A stretch of DNA of 47,136 nt, filler included, from Catajapyx aquilonaris (taxonomy: Eukaryota): NCBI GenBank assembly GCA_000934665.2. It is 2 parts of 2 records of this genome, joined end to end, with 100 filler letters (N's around TTAATTAATTAA, not from the genome) between each part and the next. Parts side by side here need not be neighbours in the genome. Positions count along the whole stretch, not along the records: positions 23,635 to 47,136 come from JYFJ02005667.1; 1 more part is not named here. One strand, given 5' to 3'. The notes under the pieces are model-generated. The model made no database searches, was not told where the DNA came from, and worked only from the letters and a program-made list of their open reading frames with translations. Numbering within the stretch: position 1 is the stretch's first letter; each line of letters opens with the position of its first letter. Made by a program: the position numbers and the translations under genes. Below are positions 28,370 through 39,883 of this stretch, in pieces.

Positions 28370-28572
28370 CTAGATAAGATGATGCAAGTAACTGGCTTCC
28401 CTGAGGAAATCAATGTGGCTTGCCATCTGAGCATGGGTAAACCTCTCCTGTAGACGACGGATTTGCAAGTCCTGCCGATTCCAAGTGCGGGACCTGGGCC
28501 TCCGCTGCCGAATACCGTCTCTGGCACGTTGATAGTCCAGGGACTGCGTCTCCTCGGTGGTCCGAAGTCGCC
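28370..28572 (-). mobile_element. MULE-like transposase terminal exon
   Basis: Acceptor ttatttccag then RLRTTEETQSLDYQRARDGIRQRRPRSRTWNRQDLQIRRLQERFTHAQMASHIDFLREASYL*, resembling the C-terminus of animal MULE transposases. Confidence 0.6.
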
Positions 28573-28817
28573 CTGGAAATAACATATAATATCATATTGC
28601 CACTTTATTTCGAGGCATTATTCTCTATACGTGGGAAAAATTAACTGGATGTATAACGATGTACTTGTCCAGAGTACAACAACCCAGTGATGTGCAAGGG
28701 AGGGGCCATGTTTAACCTAATATAAATTTTTTTAAACTGTACTCAACTGACCCAGGAAAGTCTACAGGTTTGGGTGACTGTTGATCATGTTCCTTGAAAG
28801 GGTTGCATGGAACTTAT

Positions 28818-28889
28818 AAGTAACTGGCTTCCCTGAGAGGAAATCGATGTGGCTTGCCATCTGACCATTGGTAAACCTCTCCTGTAGAC
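28818..28889 (-). repeat. Diverged copy of 28386-28455 (MULE C-terminus)
   Basis: Direct alignment aagtaactggcttccctga...cctctcctgtagac. Confidence 0.9.
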
Positions 28890-29353
28890 CGTAGATCTAC
28901 GAAGATGGCACAGTTGTCGGTTGCTGCAGCCTCAGAAGTCAAGCGCATGTCCACTCGCTCAATGCTGCGCCCATACCGGCAGATGAAGAAATCCTGCAAA
29001 TGTTAACATGGGATTAGCCAAGGTTTTTGAAACCACAAGCTGACTTGTGTGTCTATATATTTATGCAGCTACAAGTTCACAATTCTCACACTACCAGTTA
29101 GTTCACTAGAAACACGGTGTATGTGTATCAACAGGTGAGCAGATGTCATACAATTGAGTAATGAAAAATCTTCAGGAGTAGTGGTACTGGGGTTGTTGTT
29201 TATGGATGCAGCAGCCATGATTAGGTCATTTTTGACAGAAGTAGCCTTACTCCCACAGTCCCAAACCTTATTTATCTGGATCCATCGCAAAAATAAGACA
29301 CCTTCTCCTTAACATCCTGTATTGATCCAAATTTCCTTTTATTAACAGTGTGG

Positions 29354-29392
29354 TCCGACGTTTCGTCCGCTGCTGCACGGACTCGTCAGGGA
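29354..29392 (-). ncRNA. Minimal type I hammerhead ribozyme (Penelope-like element type)
   Basis: Minus strand: UCC-CUGACGA-GUCCG-ugcagcag-CGGAC-GAAA-CG-UC-GGA. Core boxes intact, 5-bp stem II, 3-bp stem I, palindromic ACGU in place of stem III. Confidence 0.8.
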
Positions 29393-29805
29393 AGTACGGA
29401 TGAGTTGAAAATGTCACGGCCTTGGTTGAGGTCACGGCTCACGGGCCTTGCCAAGGCCTATCACTACATGGTGGCAGCGGTGGGATTCCAATAATTGGTC
29501 CGCCCCGATGTCTTCCAGGACGTCGTCTAGGGGATGTCTTGTGTCCAAGTCTTCAAAGGCTGGCACGTAGTACATCTCTTGACTCTCCAGACGTCCCCGC
29601 CTCTGGAGATGACGTTTGAAGCCAGGCCGGGGACTGTCCGGGACTGTATGGAAGGTTCCTGTTCCTCCTCTGCCTCCTCAGGTTGGTCCTCTGTGTCCTT
29701 GACAGGGGCGCTTCTCGGGGGGCTCCCGTGGATGTTCCCGTGGATGCTCCCGTGGATGTTCAACATGTAAATGCTTACATATGGCTTCCATCTGGTTGAT
29801 TCAGA

Positions 29806-30100
29806 TTAACGAAGATCCTGCAACGCAGGATATTTTGTCACAAGGGCCGTTGCTACTTGAGCGTATCGAAAAGGACTTGGTACACTGCAAAAGAAACACA
29901 TGTCGTACGTGTTTTCAAACAGGTGTTTTAGATGGACCTTCATTGGTTTTACCACTAGTATGCTTAGTTCAAAAGATTCCCTCATTCCAAACATAAATTT
30001 ACATACGAAGTGTAGTTCAACATCGTCGCAGAGAGGCTGTGAATAATTAATTTCCTTCCGTATGGCTGGAGGCACTGGAAATGATCCTGCTGCTGGATCC
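29806..30100 (-). mobile_element. SAMD3-like accessory ORF fragment of CACTA/EnSpm-type elements
   Basis: PSPFRYAQVATALVTKYPALQD resembles the P..Y..VA.ALV.K.P.L.D motif of these proteins. Confidence 0.55.
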
Positions 30101-30129
30101 ACCTGATTGATTTCGGCCAGATATTTCTG

Positions 30130-30310
30130 GACATCCGCCCTGAATGATGGCAGATGAATTTGTAGTGGCCATGTTTTGGGTGCTGGATGGGATGGTAGTT
30201 GTCCCTCTCCAGGGCTGCCAGTGCTTCTACGTGGTTCTCCAGGAACTCCTCTCCCAATGCCATCCTGTTTCGTATTTGTTCGGACACTTCAATCGAGATA
30301 TTGCTGGCAC
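30130..30310 (-). mobile_element. Possible MULE N-terminal domain fragment
   Basis: Acceptor (T)n-cag at 30311-30330; YKFICHHSGR resembles the Y.CHRSG motif. Confidence 0.35.
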
Positions 30311-30462
30311 CTGAAAAAAAAAAAAAAAAATCTTCAGCCTTTGTTTGTCCTTAATTTTTTATACTAAGCACTTCCAGATGGAGCTGATGGAAGGGTAAGT
30401 GCTGACTGCTGTTTCGGGGGTTGATGTCCTGGGCTGCAGTTGCACGAACATATGCAGGATTG

Positions 30463-30592
30463 AAAAAGACACTTGCCTTGACCTGCATACCACTGCTGGT
30501 GATGCTGTAGCGCACGGAGGAGAGGCCCCTTACACCATCCAGCACATTTGTGGTTAGACTGGGTTCCCCGGATGCAAATTGAACAATAATGG
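30463..30592 (-). mobile_element. Second, diverged Polinton PolB fragment
   Basis: HYCSICIRGTQSNHKCAGWCKG/SPPCATASPAVVCRS aligns at DNA and protein level to 42343-42462 (HYCSICMQGTNSDHKCAGWCKGCYASPPCDTKSPGVVCGS). Confidence 0.85.
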
Positions 30593-31549
30593 GTCTTCCC
30601 CTTCCCTCTACCTATTTTCTACCAGACTCCCTATTTCTGCCTATTTCTCCCAGACTCCCTAATAACTACCACATTTCTACCAGTGTGCACAGTTTGGCGA
30701 CGACGCCGACGCCGACGGCGAGCTGGGGGGATTGGCGCCTCGTTTCGTATATAAATAGACCGTCGGGACCGGGCGGTGTTGGGAGGGGGAAATAACAGTG
30801 ACGATAGATGATGCGGATGACGGCGAAGAAGATTGTTTATTCAGCCCACTTGGCCTCGTGTTATAGCCTTCTCGGATTTCACATGTATTAAAATGGTACA
30901 TTATTGGGTCGTGGCGCTTCCCAGCTCCCAACAGCTACCGAGGAGCATATCCTCTCCGCTCATCCCCCCCTGGCTGTAGCGATAGAATCTGTCGCGGCGT
31001 TCCGACTCCACACGTCCATTCCAGATGTCCATCAGGAACTTCGGAAGTTCCAGGGAGGAGACGACCACCACCACCAGTCTCCTTGCCAGTTTGCGCCGGT
31101 CCTCCAGCGCCGCCTGTTGCTCGGGCGTCAGCTGCCTCGGCGGCGGGCGAGGAGCGGGCGGAGACGGAGGCGGGACGCTGGGCTCGCCATGGCGGTCGCT
31201 CAAACCTACTAATGCAGCAACCTTATTTCACAATACATTGGCAATCCTACCCTATCCATGACTTTTACTTGTCTAGTGAAATTACTCTAAAAATTCCGGA
31301 CGAGTCAGAAAAATTAGAGACGCCCGTTTTCAATTTTTGATAGTTCGTCTTGCCATCTGTTTTCACCCTCCTGTGGTTATCGTCAGAGTTCTTGCCCCCT
31401 TGCTGCACCCTACCGGTTAATTTGTACACTATTTCTCTCACGCTACAATACTGACCAACAACAAGGGCCACAATATTGGTATATACTTTGATGCCTTCCT
31501 TTGCATGTCTTCCTGCCCAGGCACTGGCCAGCACATTGCAGAAAAGATC

Positions 31550-32190
31550 ATCAATATATCAGGGGTGGAGTAGACAGACATCGAATAATATTTAGCTGTC
31601 TTGATTTCCTCTATAATAGTGCTCAATACGTCTTTCCCCATAATAGCTATGAGCTGGTCATATGTATTGGAAGACTTACGAGACAGGTAAGAAACTGACC
31701 CTTCCCCTTGTTGCCGTACTTTTCCAAGTGAGCAGCTAAAAGGGGGTCAAACTGGGAAAGCAACTCCAGTGTGCCTAAGAAGTTGCCATTGTTTGGTGAC
31801 CCAATCACCTGGTCATTACCTCGATAGGCTAAACCTCTTTCAGCTAAGGTTTTGAAAGTAGCAACTACTCTTTCCAGTACAGCAGCGGCATAAACACGCT
31901 CGGCTTGGTACTGCTCTATCAACAGTGAATTCAGGTGGCCAGATTCTTTTGCTCTTCGGCCCAAGGTCATGGTAGCATCCCTGTGGGCTTTACTGCTCTC
32001 ATGAGTCGCCATTCGCTGCGTGGCATTTTTCCAGTCGCAGAAGCCACTTCTGGAGAAAACAGCTCGCATTGAAAGCAAAAAGCTTTGCCTGTACGCGGGG
32101 AATAACAGAGGCAGTTTCTCCTCTTCTTCTCTCCATTTGGCAGAGAACATAAAAACTTGGACTTGCAAAAATATCTTTTTTGTTTTCCAT
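31550..32190 (-). mobile_element. hAT transposase fragment, ZMYM1-like (TTF zinc finger + DUF4371)
   Basis: KAFCFQCELF / GFCDWKNATQRMATHESSKAH..LAERGLAYRG..NNGNFLGTLELLSQFDPLLAAHL / IIEEIKTAKYYSMSVYSTPDI, with frameshifts. Confidence 0.9.
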
Positions 32191-32219
32191 CTATTTATGA
32201 TGATTGTGAGCTATACCTG

Positions 32220-32410
32220 CACAGTGTGACGATTCACCTTCCTCACAAAATATGCAGCAGAGAATGTCCTGCGAAGCATTCCTGGTTTGGTGTTATGCAC
32301 AGGACTTTAACTGAGTAAGATCTGGCATGGAAATCTCTAGCATCCTCAAGGGTGACAGAACCACAGGATAATTTCTTTTCTCGATGGTTACATGTCACAA
32401 GAGTGTGCTC
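32220..32410 (-). mobile_element. Sola-like transposase N-terminal fragment
   Basis: CNHREKKLSCGSVTLEDARDFHARSYS resembles the region at 34846-35034. Confidence 0.45.
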
Positions 32411-32469
32411 ACCTCTCGCAGTCGTGCATCTGTTCAAAGAAATGAGAATGAGTATCACTTCTTGTATTG

Positions 32470-32945
32470 CAAGGTATCGCCGTTGACAGTGACACCGTTT
32501 TCAATTTGCATGATTAAGCTCTCGTAAGAAATCAGACAAAGTCCTCTAAAGGCATAGGTTTCGATTCTCCACAGAACAAACCAAGCACTAATGGAACGTT
32601 GTCAAGCTCATGAACCATGCACGAAATCGGCCAGAAGCTCAAATTTCTCGCTGTTAAATATGGGCAAGCCATCAATGTTGAACGAGAGAGTCAACACCTT
32701 TGGAGAAAGAGTGGCATTTCTCAATTTTACATTGAAGCACTGCTCTAGTCCAAGGTGGTAATATTCTCCTTTATCTAATTCACGTGTCAGAGTTGCACGA
32801 GGAGTTTTCAGAATTGTTCTAGCATCTTGTGGCAGATCAGAAAGGCAAGGCTGCAGAATGTTTAGTAAACTGCATCTTGTGCATTATGTTTAACGCCGTA
32901 CTGCACAGCCCATTCCCTGAGTTGACAATCAAGCCCACCCTTTTC
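32470..32945 (-). mobile_element. CACTA/EnSpm transposase N-terminal fragment
   Basis: LREWAVQYGVKHNA / LPQDARTILKTPR..GEYYHLGLE..LSFNIDGLPIFNS (first catalytic D motif), frameshifted. Confidence 0.88.
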
Positions 32946-33458
32946 AGCTAGCTCTGCAACATTATGCGATGAATGGTCAAGGACTGGTTCCTCATCCGAA
33001 TCTGATGAGAAATCGGCAAAAATCGAATGGCCGAGCATGAGGAGAGCAGCAGGCGCTGCAGCAGCTGCGCCTGAACTGCTAGTCCCAGGAACTGAATCAG
33101 ACAAATTCTTACTGTCATCTGCACTAATACCTGCAGTTAGATTCTTATCAAAATTATTTGTTTCATGTGTGACACACTGTGAGGAACACCGATTTTGATG
33201 AAATTTGGTACAGTTGTAGGTCTCAGAGTTATATTGCTAGGCCGAATGTCACCCTAATCGCTCACCCTGTGCGGGGTGAAAGGTCATGGAATTGGCGACG
33301 TTCGGGGAGAGCACGTCGCGTTTTTTCCCACATTTTTTGTGATATGTACCACATGACAATACATATTGTGTCCTACTCCACTGCCAAAAATGAAGCTGGG
33401 CCACCCAGAGGCTACTGAGAAAATCTTTTTAAAAGAATGATGCATTAAAATGCTCAAC

Positions 33459-34115
33459 CTTATCCATCTCTTTCTCCTTCCTGGCCAGGTCCTTCAATTG
33501 AATATGCCTCGTGTAATCCTTCTGATTGACTTGGCCTACATTGTATGAGCAGCAGATATGACATTGGTCCTTCTTGGGTAGAAAAAGGCTCAATTTTTTG
33601 TCACGGAAACATTCCTTGAAGACTGCTAAGCACGACTTCTCCTTCTGGCCATCCCTGCACCAGATCGAGTAGGCCTACTTCCGATACAAAGCGTTCTGAC
33701 TTTGTCGAGAAATTCCATCACGCTGTCTCGCATCTCACGTGACTTTCTCTCGCGTGGTGACTTTTGCGTTCTTATTTCACGAGGTTCCCTGGAGGTACCA
33801 AGGTACGCACAGTCCATTCACCCATGTCCAGGGTGTTCAGGAACAGGGTTTTACAAACCTTCACGCGCTCACCATTCAATGGAAGATGGTAAAACAAGGA
33901 AGCCTTAAGGCGTTCTGGGTTCGAATCTCCTTCTTTTGACTTGCACGCAGTCAACGTGACCGTTGATGTAAACCCGTCTCTCCTTCCATGTTGACAATTT
34001 CCAATGTTGTTGGAAAATGACTTCCCGTGCTGTTTCGGTGACTGCTTTGCAATCTCGCCTGCTCTTCTTCTGTGAATGCGAACACGTGCATGGTGGCTTA
34101 TATTTTCTCCCATTC
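33459..34115 (-). mobile_element. Sola-like (DUF7869-type) transposase fragment
   Basis: PPCTC..REVIFQQHWKLSTWKERRVYI / YHLPLNGERVKVCKTLFLNTLDMGEWTVRT / LSLFLPKKDQCHICCSY, with frameshifts. Confidence 0.8.
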
Positions 34116-34584
34116 ATCATCTGCAATTCTTCATCTACAGCTGATGATCTTCCCAACGATGCTGCCGCCACCAGTTTAATTGTGCCTTCCAAGGATAATA
34201 TGTGAACCTCCAAGAAGTCATCCGTCCAATGTGCAAGTCGCTAGCGGGTCGCCGGCGGACCGGCGGCGAAAGTCGCGCCGATTTAGCCGCTATATGTCAC
34301 TCGACCCAGCAGCTACATAGCCGCGAAAATCGCGCTGCCGTAGCCCGGACTCCGCTCACCTTCCGGGGCACTACTTTTTCACAGATCCCCCCCCCCCCCN
34401 CCCCCCCCCCACTCTTCCTGGAACTGACTCGTCGGGGAATCAAGCCAAATAATAATAAGTCAGCAACCTGCTGCATTCATTCCAAATACTGACCATTTTT
34501 ATTAAATATTAAATGCAAAATAGCATCACACTATACACAGATGACAATTTGGCAGAAAGGTTTTTGAAACTATGCTACTAAATT

Positions 34585-35628
34585 GAGGGGTATAGAATCA
34601 AAAGGTACCACGTAACATTTTTCACGTTTCGAGATAAATGAGGAAAGCGTGTATCATGGAAACCATTAGGGGTACAACACTGAGTTTTGGCACATGGTTG
34701 GACACTAGCAGAATGCATTGAAAGGTAAGTAGATTGAAAATCAAGGAGACATGGACAGTGTGTTTAAACCCTAATATTGTTGCACGTGGTACGTTTTGAT
34801 AGTGAATACATAAGGCTGTAGGTAAATTTCTTGAATGATCCTGCTTTATGGCAACATGCCCGCCCAATACTGCCGATGACGGACAAAGTAGTGGATAGTT
34901 GTTGTTTTCTTGGGGGCAGTTGGTGTACCAGTTCGCCTGCGGATGCAGTCATTCACACTCGTGTACTTCAATATGAAAGCATCCTCTTTTTCCTTCAGTG
35001 GAGCTGCATAAAAGCAGCGATTGAACTCATGCACATCCTCTGCAGTTAGCTTCCCACATTCAAAAGCATTCGATTTGTAGGGATGTGAACACGTCGGTAG
35101 TCGAGGCGGCTTCCCAGAATGTCTGAAGAGCGTTCAGTATCACCACACAAGTAATTGAGCAATACTCATTGAGATGACGGAAATTAATGTCATTAATATG
35201 CACCTCTTCACTGTTGCTTTTGCTGCTGCCCATTCCTTGGGTGAAGTAGTCTTCTTCCTGGCAGCCTTCCTGCCTACTTCTTTGGGACATTGGGTGCTCA
35301 TTGTGCTCACCGAGTTCGTGGACATGTCTGCACACGCTCACCTTGCAAACAGACTGACACTCTGTACAAAGAATGCAGCATTGCCAGATGGTACCACAAA
35401 GCCATCGCACATGGTACCTTTTGATTCTCCCATCGCGTAATTTTTGCTCCCACATGGTACCTTCTGATGCCAACCTCCAACTTTTCCCCCTTTTTTCAAT
35501 GGCACATGGTCACATTTTGGAAATCAGTTTGTTGCCACGTGGTACGTCTTGATTCCAACTATGCGATGCCGTCCTTAACTCAATTTATGAAATTTTGTTA
35601 CGTGGTACCTTTTGATTCTATACCCCTC
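34585..35628 (-). mobile_element. Internally deleted Sola2-like DNA transposon with both TIRs
   Basis: Perfect 33-bp TIRs GAGGGGTATAGAATCAAAAGGTACCACGTAACA (34585-34617, 35596-35628); flanks AATT/AAAT; subterminal CAC(A/G)TGGTAC repeats; transposase N-terminal remnant (FYAAPLKEKEDAFILKY) on the minus strand. Confidence 0.85.
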
Positions 35629-35839
35629 AAATACATATGTAGGCCTAAATACGTAAATACGTATGTCACGTCTTAAATACTTAATCTATTAGAAATTGCA
35701 ATTCCACTGAATGGCAATAGCAGTGACAAACAACCAGCAAACTTAAAGTTGCACCTTTGAGTAACAGTATCATACACACATCCTAAATGTATGTACATTT
35801 ACAATTTCAATTATTGTAGCAAAACATATTCAGACACAA

Positions 35840-36500
35840 TCATGACAAAGTGGCAAAAAAATTCTTTCACTTGCGCCATCCCCACTGGATGGCAGAGCTA
35901 CACCTTTGCATTTCAATAATTTCGTGGAATATCTCTTCAATTGTGTTTGATGAAGTGGCTCAAACTGTATCAGGGTGATACCCAACCTTGATGCTTTGCA
36001 AGGGTCTTGTCTTTGTTTGCATTCAGAAGCCACCATGTAAGTATCACTGTCATGTTTTTTCAAAATGCTGCACTTGCCGTATTCTACCATAGTTCAAAGC
36101 ACAAAAGCTATCTTTACGGAATTTACATTTAATAGTGTAGTTACTACACTGGAACGTGTACACTACATTTTCATCACAATTATCAGGAACACGCTTTGTG
36201 GTTGAAGAAAGGGGTGCAATTCTACTTAGATTGTGCTCATGAATTCTCTTCACTATTTGTTGATGGGTGGCCCTTTGCATTCTTTGATCTGGTGCAAATT
36301 GGTTTCAAAGGGGAATGCGCTGAAGTTGTCCAGGGAACCAAACTTCTTTACATCATCAGCTAGGTGAATTAAATTGTGTACGTTGTAGACCATTACTGTC
36401 TTTCCATAAAGTGTGGCACCATTTTTAACAAATGTAACTAACAGTTCATTTGCATATATGCAATGTTGGGTAATTTGACTGCAAGACCTGAAATGCAGAA
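35840..36500 (-). mobile_element. CACTA/EnSpm transposase C-terminal fragment
   Basis: YANELLVTFVKNGATLYGKTVMVYNVHNLIHLADDVKKFGSLDNFSAFPFETNL / QQIVKRIHE. Confidence 0.9.
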
Positions 36501-36777
36501 CAATCAGTCGCATTGGACTGCTGATTGTATAATGGAGGAAGACGGTTTGAAGATTGCAATGTACCAATATTTTCAATAATTCCATAGGTTACTGAATTTT
36601 TCCATCTTAAAACTGGATGGTCAGAAATTCGGACTAATTACGTATATAGTTGAAGGACTTGTACATTACTGCCCTACTTCGGAGGAGCGGGGCGTGCAAC
36701 ATTCATAACTCAATTTCAACCTAAACGTGACTGATAGTTCTGCAGCACATGAGGTTTTCACTTAGCCATCATCTTAC

Positions 36778-36899
36778 CTTTGCTTTTTCCGACTTCTTAT
36801 TTCTTTTACCTTTCCCCTGTTTCTCCACATCGGTGGTTTCATAGTTGTCACCTCCATATGCAGCATGTTTGAGCTTGGCTCGGGCCTTATCATATTTAT
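36778..36899 (-). mobile_element. Isolated 122-nt exon, probably a CACTA accessory (DUF4806-associated) gene
   Basis: Acceptor ttccttacag and donor GTAAGA flank the open frame KYDKARAKLKHAAYGGDNYETTDVEKQGKGKRNKKSEKAK. Confidence 0.5.
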
Positions 36900-37507
36900 C
36901 TGTAAGGAATACATATAGGTAGGCTGTATATCAATATCACAAAATTGTAACACAGTAGGTGTAGAGGTAAATCCCATACCCCTTAAGTAGTGTCATGGAT
37001 CTGAGCAACGTAACTCGTGTCATGGGACCTTTTTTGACCCCAGGTGGAAATTTAATCTCCAGTTCATGTCATTAGATTTTTTTATGACATATGCAGTGAG
37101 AACCAGGACTTATGCCATTATTGGTACATGGCTGTCGGTGGAGATCGGATTCACCCTGTATATAATTATTAGGTAATTATATGGACAGTTTTATAATACC
37201 GTATTACGTACGGTACGTACACTATACCGTCCTAATAATATTACTGTATGTTGAAGAAAAAAAACATGAACAACTTTACCGGTACTAAATAAAAACCAAT
37301 GGGCAAACCATACATAATGTTGAAAAGTGTTCCATGGTACACGATAATACAACCCTCTCCGCTCTCCCGGCTACTACAGTATGCCATGGCTGTGGGGTTG
37401 AATCATCAATTTCATTCCAGTTTTAAAGGGCATGGCTACCCGCTATAGCAGACTACTCGGCAGTATTCACCGCAGTTGCTGGCACTTCCTCCTCCACCTT
37501 CGTCTCC

Positions 37508-37945
37508 TCACCCTCCTCTCCTCACCCTCCTCTTGGACCCCTGGACCCCTGGACCCCCAGGCCCAGTTGCCACATCTGACACATCATAGGCATTTGGGCC
37601 CAAAGGATCCACCAAGGCCAAGGTCTCCACTTTAATCGTTTGTGTCTCCGGTGCATTTACGTCAACCGCTAGTTCTTCTTCTTCTGCAGCTGCAGTCACT
37701 GGCGCTTGCCCAGCCTCCCTTTCCTTCTCCTTCTCCTTCTTCTCCTGCGTCCTCTTCTCCAGGTCCAGGGGGCTGTGGCAGAAGCTGTGGATCAGGAGCT
37801 TCAGATGCGTTGGAAATTGCTGGAGGCAGCAGCGACATGTGTGTACTACTGCTGGGTTCGGGTCCTCACGAGTATGGGCCGTGGACATGCTGCTGGGCAT
37901 GGACAACACCAGATTCAGATCACCGAGCCCCCTTTTTCCAACCAA
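37508..37945 (-). pseudogene. Fragment of a C2H2 zinc-finger / acidic low-complexity protein
   Basis: HTCRCCLQQFPTHLKLLIHSFCH fits C-x2-C-x3-F-x5-L-x2-H-x3-H. Confidence 0.55.
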
Positions 37946-39138
37946 CTGACCAAGAAGAAGAAGAAGAAGAAGAGGTGGTCCCTTACCTTACTGACAACTC
38001 CTTGGTCTGTGTGGTGCTTTCCTTTCCCGCTTTGGCTTTGCTTTGTGTGTGGAATGTGGTGCTTTATGGGAGCGGCAGTTCCTTTTCCTGCCAACAGAGG
38101 ATGGTTTTGGTGTTGGCTGCCAGTTGCCGGCAAATGTTGGAACTCGTGGTCGAATTTGAGTCCAAAGCTCCAGCTTGCCAGTTGCCAGCTTAGAAAATTA
38201 ACGGCACTCGATGTATCGATGGTTACTTGTGAAATATCGATATGTATCACCACGTGCACCACTTCCACATTATTGTAACGACAGTATCGGATCTCGATGG
38301 CTCAAATTCGATATTACTGTAATTTCGGCTACGTACCGTACCGTAAAAAATTGGTACTATAATTCACTTGATTGATTCAAAGTCCGTTCCACACTGGCTG
38401 CCGAGTTTCTCCGATTGGGATATTAGGCATTAATTTTCCGGACGAGAAATAAATTAGGCTATTATCGTGGTATGGGGGGAATTCAGAACTTAATCGCAAT
38501 TACCCCCTGAAAACCAAGAAGTTGTGGTGATGCGCAGGAATTTGTCGGAAAAATAGTCAGTCACTGTAGTTTTATAGCAAAAGCAAATTATTATTCATAA
38601 AGGTTGGTTACATTCGTTACGGAATTTACATTAAAAATTGTGTGTGGTTGCTCTTGGTCCTGGCTTACTCTTTGCGCTGTTTTAATGATGGGTCGCCTCC
38701 ATCAGAGTAAGTTCGGAGCCGTGCGGAGTGTTCATCCTGGTGGTTTCTGGCGGTCAGAATAAGCTCGGCTGGCCTCCTTCCTTCTGCCCCAGTCCAATCC
38801 TCTTCCGTCGGTTGTCCAGAGCGCAAACTGCCGGCATCTTCTTCCAGTTGCACGTCACTTTTTCTAACAGTCCGCACAATTTGGAGGGATCACTAAACAT
38901 CACTCCACTCACGCCTGGCTATCACACTTCCAAGCCGGTTGCTTCACAATTACTCTCCACAAAGCACAAGCTCTCAGTATTCACACAATGTGCAGCACAA
39001 GGAAGGCAAAGTCTCATCCTTCCTTCTCTGCATCATTGCTGACTGGTTACCGTTCCAAAAACTCCACGTGAGCCTAATATCGCAAGCTCAGTTAGAAAAA
39101 AAATGATTCCGCCATTCAAAATTTCTGGCCCAAATGTC

Positions 39139-39490
39139 AGACCATGACACTCTTTCCATAAAGTGTGGCACCATTTTTAACAAATGTAACTAACAGTTCA
39201 TTTGCATATATGCGCATGGCTTCGGGCACCGTGGGCTGAAGAAGTATGCGACAGGCCACACTTAAAAGCATAAATGATCATAAAGAGGACCAGGCAAGAT
39301 TCCCTTCAATGCCACAGGTCCAACATAAAGCAAAAAAAAAGGTGCAACTCAGTTCCCTTCCACCTATCAAGCACTGGCAAACCACAGGACTTACGGGAAA
39401 ATTCACATGGTATGTGTTTGTGGCCCAGTTGCTTGGCAAGCTGCAGGTAGGGTGCTCTCATTGGCAATTATTTGTGCTTCAGTATTCGGT
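39139..39490 (-). mobile_element. CACTA/EnSpm transposase middle fragment
   Basis: IPCEFSRKSCGLPVLDRWK.TEL / LYVGPVALKGILPGPLYDH / LSVACRILLQP..IYANELLVTFVKNGATLYGK; 39139-39213 duplicates 36387-36461. Confidence 0.88.
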
Positions 39491-39883
39491 AATATAACGG
39501 TTATCAAGGGCGGGTACGACTCTAACTGAAATCTGTCTAGTCCATGTTATGTGTGTATCAAACCTTTTGATGCGCAGGTAAATGCTTGTTCAACTGGTTG
39601 CGGCTCACTCGCTGCTCAGTTAAGTTGATGCGCATTTTCGCATGTTACATGCCCGAGATGCTGCTCTGTAAGCTGCGCACCTTTCCGAACCGCCTCGAAG
39701 CGGCGTCATGTAACGTGCCTCAATAGAATATTATTTCATATGTCACCTCATAGTGATGCGATGAGAAAATACATTATTTTCTGCATTTTCCTAAAATGGC
39801 ACTTACTACCTTTTTACTGTAGGTCTTCAAATATCTGTCACTGAATTAAACTTGTTTATAATTATCTCGTGTAAGCCTACGTT

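Noticed and set aside
33175..33425. Non-autonomous DNA transposon body (CCGATTTTGATGAAATTTGG motif)
   Set aside because: Motif is suggestive but no ends or TSD could be defined.
37145..37165. Tc1/mariner-like end (TA-CAGGGTG on minus)
   Set aside because: Only one short terminus, no partner TIR found.
37642..38278. Long plus-strand ORFs (183 and 190 aa)
   Set aside because: Antisense shadows of low-complexity minus-strand coding pieces; no domain features.
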